This document shows, piece after piece, positions 42,201 through 54,200 of a DNA stretch of 64,000 nucleotides. The position numbers and the translations under genes are program-made. The DNA comes from Camelus ferus. Its lineage: Eukaryota. The notes below the pieces were generated by a model. That model searched no databases. It was not told the DNA's origin and worked only from the letters and a program-made list of their open reading frames with translations. The number at the start of each line of letters is the position of its first letter. Position 1 is the first letter of the stretch. Where the stretch lies: NCBI RefSeq assembly GCF_009834535.1, contig NC_045696.1, positions 88,352,001-88,416,000 on the forward strand. Direction: 5' to 3'.

Positions 42201-45200
42201 AATTTAAATTCCAGACAAAATAAAATTCAAAGTCAAAAGGGAAGAGAAAAACATTAAACAGAACAAAGGATAATTTCTATTTAAAGTGGAACAATCTACT
42301 AAGAAAACAATAGGAATGCATTTAATAACATAGCACTGAGATGCAGAAAACAAAAACTATTAAAAAGAAAAGAGGAAATTAACAAATGCTAACACATGCA
42401 CAATCACTGTGGGAGACTTGTATAAGAACATCAAAACCAAAATTACCAAACTGACCAAAAATAGGAAGGATGCATAGAACCTGAACAACGAACTGTATCA
42501 AGGCTGATTTAATCGAAATGACAAAACGTGGTCCCAAGAAAGAATATATATTATTTTCAAAAATTCATAAAACATTCATAAAATAATCATATACTAAGAT
42601 TAAAAAAAGAACTTCAATAAATTCCAAAAGGTAGAAATTAATACAGTGTTATCTGATCACAATGCAGTAGCATTAAAAATCAGCAGCAAATGGGTAACCA
42701 CAAGCAAACTACTTGCTGAGTAATGTTTGTAGAGATATTCTTCCAAACAACTCAGTACACTACAGGAGAGAATATTAAATAGTGCAGCGACTATGGAAAC
42801 TAGTACAGATGTTCTTCAAAAAAATTAAAAATAGAACTACCACATGATCTCACTTCCAGGCATTCACCCAAAAGAACTGAAATCAGTATCTCCCATGTTT
42901 ATTGCAGTACTATTCACAATAGCCAAAATGATGGACATTTAGGTTGTTTCCACAACAGCTGAATGGATAAAATGTGATATATACAAACAATGGAATGTTA
43001 TTCAGCCTTAAAAAGGGAGGAAATTCTGCGATGTGCAACGTCATGGATGAATCTTGAGTACATTATGATAAGTGAAATAAGCCAGTCACAGAAAGACAAA
43101 TACTGTATGATTCCACTTATATGATATACCTAAAATAGTCAAATTCATAAAATTAAAGAGTGGAATGGTGGTTGCCAGAAAGGAGGGAGAAATGAGGAGC
43201 AACTAATTAATGGGCATTAAGCAAGATGATTAACTTCTAGAGATCTGCTGTACAACATTGTACTTATAGACAACCATAATGTATTATACACTTAAAAATT
43301 TAAGAGGGCAGCTCTTAAGTGTTCTTATCACAATTTTTTTTAAAAAGACCCCATTTAAAAAATAAAAATATAGGGGAGTGATGGAAATGTTAGGTATTCT
43401 TGATTGTGGTGGTGGTTTCATATATACGTGTATCAAAATCCAACAAATTATACATCTGAAAAATGCGCAGTTTACCATACAGAAATTATACCACAATACA
43501 TTTGTTCATAAAAATTTTTTAAAAAGAAAAGAAAATGAAAATACAAACTAAGAGAAAGTATTTACAAATCATATGTGATAAGGGACATGTATCCACAGTA
43601 TATTTTAAGAAAACTCTTACAACTTAGTAAGACAAATGACCCAATTAAAAAATGGGCAAAATATTTAAATAGCTATTTCACCAAGAACGATTCAGGAATG
43701 GCTAATAAGCTCATGAAAAGATAATTAACATCATTAGTCATTAAAGAAATGCAAATTAAAACCACAATGTAAACTAACATAACACTGTAAACTGATCATA
43801 CTTTAATATAAATATATATATATATACATACACAAAAAAAACCCAAAATGAGATACAACTTCACACCATCCTCTAGAATGGCTATTTACAAAAAAAGAAA
43901 CAACAGCAAAGGTTGGTGAGTAAATGTAGAAACTTGAACCCTCAAACACTGCTGATGGGACTATAAAATGGTATAGCCACTCAGGAAAGAGTTTGGCAGT
44001 TTCTTAAAAAGATAAGTTTACCACATGACTCAGCAACTCTTACAGTGAGGCACGAACCCAAGAAAATAAAATAGATGAGATGCTTGCTCAGAAAAAAAAA
44101 GAAATATGCAATGGGTAGAGGAAAAAGGTAGCTACAAGTACCAGCTACAGTCAATATAATACACAGAAGAAAATTTGTAACTTTAAGTCTATATATCAGA
44201 AATTGAAAATAAACTAAGCTCAATTAATTCAAACAAAAGAAAACTGAGAAAAACTAAATAGAAGAGGAAATACTGTAAAACTGTGTGGTAATGTTTGTTA
44301 ACTAGATTCAATAGGGTGAACATTTAGCAATATACACAAATAGTCAATCAATATGCTGTACACCTGAAACTAATACAATGTTACATGTCAATTCTACAAT
44401 TCTATCTCAATAAAAAAAAATTTTAAACATCAGTAATAAAAGCAAAAATTAAGAAAAAGGAAAAATAAGGCTCTTTTGATAAAATTAAAGCTAACTCTCT
44501 GAAAAAACTAACATAATTGACAACTTTGGCAAATATGACAGGGAAGGGAGGAATTGAGGGGAGAGGAGAAAAGACAACAATAGCGACAATAAAGACATAG
44601 CGATAGTTACGAACGAGACTTAACACCATGATATATATAGTTCAATTTTATGCCAAGAGTGTAAAAAGCTAGATGAAAAGGTTTATTTCCTCGGAAAACG
44701 CTATTAAAATTGATTCAAGAAGCAGCAGAATACCTGAAAGAAACTAATGCTCTAACAAAGCAGTTGAAAAGCCTTTATTCCCTTTCCTCATACCAAACTG
44801 GATGGCTTAATGGGCAGGTTCTTACAAAACTTCAAGAGGTTAATTAACAAACACTATGCAGGAAGGGGGAAAACTTTCGAATTCTTTCAATATCAAACAT
44901 TAACTGATAGCAAGATTGGACAGAACAGTTTAAATATGTATGTAACTGTGTATGCATATGTCAAGCAGAAATCTCAACAAATACTCTACTTAAGGGTAAA
45001 ACACAGAAAGATAATAATGCCTGATACATTACCACTCAATGCTATTCTCCACTCCTAGCCAAAGAGAAAAAAAAAAGAGGAAAAATACTGCAAAAGAAGA
45101 AATAATATTATTGTGTACATATAATAATTTACCTAGTAAATCAAGAGTATCATGTATAATGTAATGATACATGAGTATAATGTATAAACTATTACTGATA

Positions 45201-48200
45201 TTAAGAAATTTCAGAAAGATCAATATATAAAATCAAGAGCTTTCCATAATATTAGCAATAATCACTTAGAAAAATGTAATGAAAAAAGTTGCTATCCATA
45301 ATAACAAAAAGTATAGAATAGTCCAAAAAAAACAAGAAACATTCAAAATCTTGAGGAAAACTGTATGTCACTAAGTATAGAAAAGAACTAAATACACGTG
45401 ATTACACACCAAGCACGGTTCTAAGGGCTTTACACAAAATTATTTAACCCTCACTATAATTCTATGAGGTAGGTGTTATCATCCTCTCTAGTTTACTGAT
45501 GGAGAAACTGAGGCTGAAAGAAGTTAAAAAACTTGCCTTAGGTCACAAAGCAAAAAACTGGTGGGACAGAGATTCAAACTCAAAAAATCTCGTTCAAGAA
45601 TCCGTGCTCTTACTATCAATCAAATTTTGCAAAAGAAAGGGGCACATATTATAAACTATAATTTACATACTGTGATAGAAGCAGTGAGATACAATAAATT
45701 AGAACTGAGCCATGTGCATAAAGGAATTTAGTATATACAGAAAAGGAGATACTTCAGATTAGTGAGGAGAAGACAGACTAGTTGGTAGGTAGATACTGCA
45801 ACAATGCAAGGTAACCTTCTGGGAAAAAGTCTTAAAAGGTAAGATTAAAGATCCAAAAGTAAAACAAAAATTTACTTTTTAAAAAATAATCTTGGGAGTA
45901 TAAAAAACTTTCCTATGTAAGACAAAATTATAAGCCATAAATGTATCATTAAAAAATGAAAAATTTAAATGATAAAAGACATGAGACATTGTAAGACAAG
46001 TATCTGCTCTCTCAGGTTCACACTCAGGAGCATGAGCTACATGCTCCTCTTTATACAGACATACACATACATAATGAGATTAATATCCTGAATAACAGAC
46101 ACAAAATAAATAAGGAAAAAATAGATACATGAAGAACAGAAAATTCACATTAGATAAACAAATGGCTAAAACACATGAAAATGTTAACCTTTGCTAATAA
46201 TAAAGGAAATGCAAATAAAAACAAGATTCCTTTATTTTCTTCATTAGCACGGGAAAATTAGTAAGTCCAATAAATCATATGCAGCACTGGAAAGTGTCCG
46301 GAAAAATGGAAACTCTCACAAGAGATGACACTGTAAACTGGCACTATTTTGGAAGACATTCTAGCAGCACATATAAAAATCTAACATTCACATACTCTTG
46401 TCTAGTAATTTCAATTCTTGAACTCAGTCCCACAGAAAAAACACTAACTATGCACAAACATAAGGATGTTTCTTACAATACTGTCTGTTGCAGCAAAAAC
46501 CTAGAATATCTTATAAGCAAATTAATAGGAAACAACTAAATAATTAAAAAATATTGATTAACAAATACACACAGTGGTCAAAAATGATGAAATAGGATTA
46601 TCTTCAATGATATAGGAAGGTTCCCAAGTATTTTAAGATGGCAAGTCACAGAATATTACAGAAAAGTCTCATACATGAGAAACAAATATTATCAAATTTC
46701 ATATATAAAGAGCACATACTGTATTATCTTGTTTTAAAGGGCTACATCTGGGAATAACAAGTGGATAGATGGACAGAGTTCCTTTATTTACATATACTTC
46801 TATTTTAATTTTCACTATTATTATGATTTTAAAATCAAAGTTACAAACAAGCAAACAAAAGATTCATTTACATCATACCAAGAACAAGTAGGGGGAAAAA
46901 AGCAGATTAATTCCTCTGGATGAAAAAAAGTTTTTTGGCTCTGAAAGTGACTGCAAAAGCATGTCCTAAAATGCTTTATCCAAGTCTTTTGCTACAAAAA
47001 ATTCTGTGTGAGGATATTTCAGCATGGTAATGAATAAAGCTCAGGGGTTTTTTTCTGCTTCCTTTGCTAGAATATTAGTCTCTCCTAATCCCCAAGAGTT
47101 AATCAACACATTGTTACTCAGAACAAAGGTAAAAATTTCTGCCTGATGGCTAGCCACAAATAGACAGACACCATGTTAAGCAGGCAGCAAAATATCTTAC
47201 CCACAATAAGAATTCAGTAAACTCTATCTCACCAATTTAGACTGTTAACTTTCTGTCTACAGGTAATGCACTCAAGTCAGATAGAAAGCTTAAAAGATTT
47301 TCTCCAGATGACACACTAATACTCAGTTTTCCCTGTTTAAGGACCCAACACCACATTTCTAAGTACTTTTCTCAAGACACGAGATAATGAGTAACAGATT
47401 AGCAAGTAACAGAGGAACTCACACTTTTAAAATAAGTAGTACAAGAATCTGATCATTTCTTCAAGAATAACCATCTCTAAACCTGTACTTTAGAGACTAG
47501 GAAAATAATGTACACGTCCAGCAACTAAAAATATTAACTTTTATCAAGAGACTTAAGAGTTTGCTAAAGAATATCTGTATTTTCTATGATTAATTGAAGA
47601 AATACTCATCCATCAACTAGTATATATAAGTATCCTACAACAGAAAGTGCTAAGCCATTATGAAATTACACAAAAAGTTTTAAATTCTAGCTTCAAGGAA
47701 TCTATATTATTTGTATATCACTATTTATTATTACTGAGTTTAGCCTTCTGATTTAAGGTATCCATTACAAATGCCTACAGGTACACGAAAAATAAAAATA
47801 TTACAACTTACAGATCTCAAAAATAATTTTCTTCCAATCAGAAACTGATCTCTGCATAAAATAAGTTTTCGATGAATTTCTATCATACCACTTTAAATCC
47901 TATTAATTTAGTTACTGGTTTACTCATCTGGTAGCTATTTAGTAGAAATTTAAATTAAAATAGAAAAAAATTAAAATTTAGTTCCTCAGTTGCACCAACC
48001 ACATTTCAAAATATCCAAAAGCCATATATGGCTAGTGGCTCCCATACTGGTTGCAGCTAAAGTACTAAGATTTTTTTCTTCCTAACAGAAAGTTCTTTTT
48101 GGACAGTACTATTCCAGATATTATCAGCAAAGATAAAAGACTCCTTGGGATAGTTGAAATAAAACTCTGACATTGTTTCAAATGCTTTTAAATTTTAACT

Positions 48201-51200
48201 CACCATGAATCTCTTTGATACGAAGTGTATTCTGGTGCATCCCATATTTCAAAATCAACTGTTCCAGGTAGTAGAAAGTTTTTTTGTGCAAAGTCTAAAC
48301 ATAAATGTATTATTAGATTAATAAACAAAATGAAAAAAAAAAGCCATCTATAGATATAGCACATTGATTTTTAAAACAAAAACAATCTTTAAAGATTATC
48401 TAAAGTACAGTAGTGATATGTTTCTAAAGGTGAATGCCCCAGGGACCTGGAATATCCCTGGTGCCTGAAGGATTTGGATAGAAGAGAAAGGAGGAAGTTT
48501 TACTCTCTATTTGTAACTGACAAAGATAAAATACAACATGAAAGATTCACGCATGATCTTCCTCTTATTACCTTTTGCCTCACTTGAACCACAGCCTTCC
48601 AGAAATCCTTAGCTTCTACTCTATGGCAGTCTCCACACATTTGGGGTTGAACAACATAATCCACCACAAACACTTGCTGAAGGATAGCACCATTCATCAC
48701 CTGATAAAGAAAACATCACACTCCTTCATTCTTTCCTTTCTATTTAATAACAAACACTTTCCTTAAAAGATGATCCTTTAACACTGAACTTAAAGACTTT
48801 TTCCATAATAGCTTTGAGGACATCAACAATAAAAGTTATACTTAAAGCCATAAATTATACTATTTCAGGAAAGATACGTAGGTTTAATTCATAGGATTTA
48901 TTAGATTAACATTTCAAATTTACCTTTAGGTCAAGTGGTTGCAAGAATATTCCTTGAAGAATTTTTATAGCTATATATATGTGTGTTTGCATGTGTGTGT
49001 ATAAAATTTATCCTTAGAAGACACGAAAACTCTCAAAAAAAGAAAACATTCCTTAATTTAACTGTTCTCAAACACAGTCAATCATCAGAAATCACCAGGA
49101 AAGCTTTACAGATTCCTGGATCTTACATCTAGTTGAATCCAGTTTGATTCAGGCACCCTGAGTCATGATAATCAGCCAAGTTTGAGAAGCACTGCCTTAG
49201 CTCATGTTTTTACTTCAATCTTATTCCAAATAAAAATAACTTTAAGAAGAGTATCTCAGCCTACTACTCATGAACAATGGTTTCTTTCACTTGTGACATG
49301 ATAATCTGTGCAGATGATCCAAAAGAAAACAAAAGGCTAAAATTAAGAGTGTATCTGTTAAAAAAAAAAAAAAAAAAAGAGTATATCTGTTTCCTTTTTA
49401 GCTATTCAAGCCACAATGTAACTTCCCAACAGGCCCTCATTTACACTTTAACCATGCTGAGAAAATTATGCATAGCTTACCTCTTTCTGAATAGTTAGTT
49501 TAACTTTAAGTCTCTTGGAATGGGGTTCAGTCCAAACAAAACTTGCATCTACAAGCCGCACCTTCAATAAAACACAAAAAAACATAAGTTCCCAAATGAG
49601 GAGAAAAAAGATGAAAGAATAATTCAGTAATTAACAGATTTCAAAAGATTCTCAAGCAATCTGTCATTAATCTACCCAACATTATCAGTTAAAAAAAAAG
49701 ATTCAAGATTTATCATCAGAGGTATGGCAACAAAAACAGCAAATAAAAGGAAAATCTCATGATATATTAATGCAACTGGTATAATACAAGCAAAAACTAT
49801 AATACTTGCATAGAAAACTCCTTTCCCCTAAAAACAATGTACTGTTTTTGGAGTATAAATTACAGTCTTGAATAGAAAACAAAGACCTGATGACATCATC
49901 ATCTACTAGAAATCTCATGAACAAAAGTTTCTACCTCTATTATTCTCTCTATATGAAGTATGTGAGTTTAAAAAAAAAAAGAATCAACTTTCATTAGAGG
50001 GAGTCTCATGCACTGAATACTGAATCCATAACAATAACTCACTGCTAAATCAGAAGAGTCAGCAGAGGCCAAAAACAGTTTGCCGTAAGTGAGGAACAGA
50101 ATGTAGCTCAATGATTAAAATGGGTGTTTTGAGGAAAGAAGCAGAACAAAACTGGAGGTTGTTTCAGTAATTTGGGCAGGAGTTGTAGATGAGCTGAACT
50201 GAGAGGGGCTGCAAGTAACAGAAGCAGAAAGATCCAAGACCTATTTAGGATATAAAATCTAGAGGATTTAATAATAACCAGATGTGGGAAGGAGAAAAAG
50301 ATTCTAGAATGACACTCAAGTATTCAACTTGGGCATCTAGGTAACACTATTTTTCTGACACAAATAAAAAACAGATTAAATGGGAAGAACATGTCATATT
50401 TGATTTCACACATTTAGTTTAAGAGGATTTATCTGAGATATCCAAGTGAGGTTGTTCAGTGGATAGTAAGATATATGTTTGATCTGGAGCTCTATGGAGA
50501 AATCTGAGCTACAGATAACAGATTTAGGGGACAACAGCAGGCAGATGATAATTTTCTTAAGACCTGTCTGGTGAGAACCTGTCTGAGTGCAGATCCGGCT
50601 CAGCAGAGTAAAACCCTCCTCATACGTCTGGCTCCGCTAAAGCAAAGCCTAGTAATCAACAAGCCACACAGGTACAGAGGGTAACTGACAGCTTTTTATT
50701 CCCTCAGCCTCCACCTGCAGGCAGGGGTCAAAAGGAAACTCCATGGGCACTGTCTAAGACTGCCCTTCCCTCAACCTCCAACTTCCATCTGCAGGAATAG
50801 AGGGAGGACTCTTGTCATCTACTTCACCATCCCCCAACACAGCCTCACCACACCATCCGTCCTCAGACAACAGGACTTATCCACCTTATTGAGCATTTAT
50901 CCTTCACTACTGTCTCAGACACTTCAGTCACCCCCTCATCTCTCACTCTGATCTCCATGTGGTTCCACATATTCCCTTTTCTGTCCACCTAACACTGTTC
51001 CCCAAATCCTGAAACTCTTTTACTACGGCCTCTGGAGCTCCACACTCACTAACAAATCTCCTAAACCCTCAGTCTCTTTGCTGAACATTCCCTTCACCTT
51101 CTAGATCTCCTGATTATATCAATTGCTCTCCCTACAGCTAATAAGAAGTAATGACTGATTTTTTTCCTCACCAAAACTTCACCCAAACTTTTATCATTAA

Positions 51201-54200
51201 AGGATCCCAGGATTCAGTACTCAAATTCCTCCCCTTCTCTATATAAAAACCCCTAGAAAATCTCTTCCAATTTCATAGCTTTAAATACCATCTATATCCC
51301 AAATTCATTATCTCCAGTCTGGGCCACTCCCTTACTTATCCAGCTCCTCACTCAGTATTTCTACTTCCATGTCTAACAGACACCTAAGTACCACTCTGAG
51401 ATGAGCTTTTCTCTCTCCCACCTGACCTGCTCCTCTTGAAGCCTTTCCTACTTCGCTAACAGCAACTCCCTCTTTCTGGTTGCTCAAGTTAAGAACCATG
51501 GAAGTCATCCTTGACTCTTCCAACTCATAAACATACGTCCAGCTTCATCAGTAATTCTAATGACTGTCTATAAAACATCCAGAATCTGTCTGCTTCTCAC
51601 CACCTCCACTACTGATCCAAATATCATCATTTCTCACAATTATTTCAATCGCTTCCTAAATGTGCCCACCCCCATCACATCTATTCTAAACACAGCCAGG
51701 GGGAACCGGATAAACTGTAAATCATTCATTTTACTATTCTGCCTATACCCTCTATACCTATTATACTCAGAGTAAAAACCAGTCTTCAAAGGGTCTACAA
51801 GGCCTGACCTACTCTGACTTTCCATCGTTTCTCTGGCCTCATCCCCAATTACTTTTCCTTCCCCACTCCACTCTAACCACATAGGTATGCTCCTGCCTCT
51901 GGCCACTATATTTGTTTTCTCCATAATGTTCTCCTCCAGATTGCAGCTCCCTCCCTTACTGCCTTTAATGTTTACTCAAATGTCACCCTATCAATGAGGC
52001 CTCCCCTAACCACTGTATTTCAAATTCCAACTTTTCCCTGTACAGTTCTTATCCCCTTCCTGGTTTTTTCCTCCACAGAATTTACACTTTTTAATATACC
52101 TACTTATTTTGTTCATTGCCTACTCCACACCCTCCCCTCCAACTAAAATAAAAGTTCCCTAAGACTGAGATTTTTCTCTCTTATTCACTGTACTATTCCT
52201 AATCACCAAAAACAGACTGGCACAGAGCTGACATTTAATGAACATCTGCTGAATGCTAGTGAATTATTAATAACATTTAACAATAGCCTGAAGTATGGAA
52301 GCAAAATACCAAGTTACATAAAAAACTGAATCCAAAAAACTGAGAAAAATCAGTTAACAGAAAGAAAGTAAAAAACAGTAACAATCCATTATCAAACTTT
52401 TAGAAAAATTCAATAGACTGCATCAAAGACATTAAAAACTCTAAACTTAAAATGTTACTACTTAAAAAAAAAAAAAAAGGAAGACAAAAATTGGAAAATA
52501 AAGTAAATTGCCAGGAATACAGGAAAAAGACAGAAAGATTAAAAACAATACAAGTGCAAAAAGGCAAAGTTTTAAGCCAGTAGGGCCAACGACTGATACA
52601 AATTCCAGGGAGGTAAAAAAAAGGAAAATAAAGGGAGAAACTTCGAAGAACTATTACTATCAGTATTTAAGAGAATCTGAAGGCCTTCAAATCAAGAGTC
52701 CATCAAGAGCCCACCAAGTTTAACATAAAGAGAACAGTGGGGGAGGGTAATAGCTCAATGGTAAAGTACATGTTCAGCATGCACGAGGTCCTAGGTTCTA
52801 TCCCCAGTACCTCTATTAAAGAAAAAAGAAATAAAATTGAAAGTGTTATGTAGAGAGGTTAACTAGACTAACAAACCCTATTTTTGGGGGGAGACATTTG
52901 TGCACCAACTTTAAGTAATAGGCATAAATTTTTTTTTTCCAGAGCAGTAATGAAAATTTTTAAAAAACAGAATATCACAGTCCTAATACTATAACCTCTT
53001 AAATTACATTGAGCAATGGCTTTATATATTTTCAGACAAAACTACTGCACGTAAGAGGTTCTCATTAAATAATGAATGAAAAAATTTGATTCTAAACTAA
53101 ATCTTTTAAAGCAAAAAGATTTTCATTTCCGTAAGAAGAGAATATATATAACTTTAAAAATGAAAACAGCATTTGTAGTAGCATGCTTACCAATAGTAGC
53201 ATTTAAGTTATTTTGGAAAATCTACTCAAACAACGGTTTTCTGAAAATGAGAGATTAAAACACACACAAACCCCAACAAAAACTGATTTTAGCTATTTGA
53301 CCTACCTTACTCAGAGGGGCTTTGATTTTTTTCAAACACAAAGCAAGAAGTTCCCTGGATTCTAACGCACACTGTATCCAAGTTCCTGGTGGCTGGAAAT
53401 ATCTGAGAGAAAAGATAATATATTGAAACCCAGTATCTCTCAGAAAAAAAAAAATTCCATCTGAATATATAGACATAACAATGATTATAAACCAGATATA
53501 ATAATATTCAAGGTTGATCTGAAGCATTTAACCCAAATATATTTTAATAGTTCTAGAAAACTTTCAGTTAAACCAATAGCTTTAATTAAAAAGGTAAAAT
53601 CTGAGTATTTGAGAAAGTCAATTTGAAACAACTCATTAAAAGGTCTTATTACTTCAAGCACCAATAAGAATTTCAGTGAGGATGACAAAATGCCCAACAC
53701 TTCCTTGAAAATAGCATTAAAATGGTTTATAATGTACATGTAAAATACTTATAAACTGCTTATTTCTCACACACAAAGGAGGTAAATTAGTACCTAATAC
53801 TATGTGTCAATATAGTTCAAACTATTTATCTACTTCAAGTCCCTTTCCAAATTTTAAATTATAAAACTGAAGTTTTAAAATCTTATATAAACACAACATT
53901 GTAAAATGACTATTACTCAATAAAAAAAGTAAAATAAAATAAAATCTTACATAAAACTTGACTAAAATCAAAATTTAAATTCCTAATGCATGTACTGTAA
54001 GTTTTTTAGCCCAGCCAGCCCAGGACTTAAATCAGTGTCTAACACACAGTAAGTGCTCAACAAGTTTGTTAAATAATAATACTTCTAATGTGTTTTGATA
54101 CATTTGTGAATGCTTTTTTTTTCCTTTTGGCCTACCTATTAATTAAATATTCTGATTTTCATTTTTAAAGGTTCACTGAAAAACCTTATACAGATTTCTT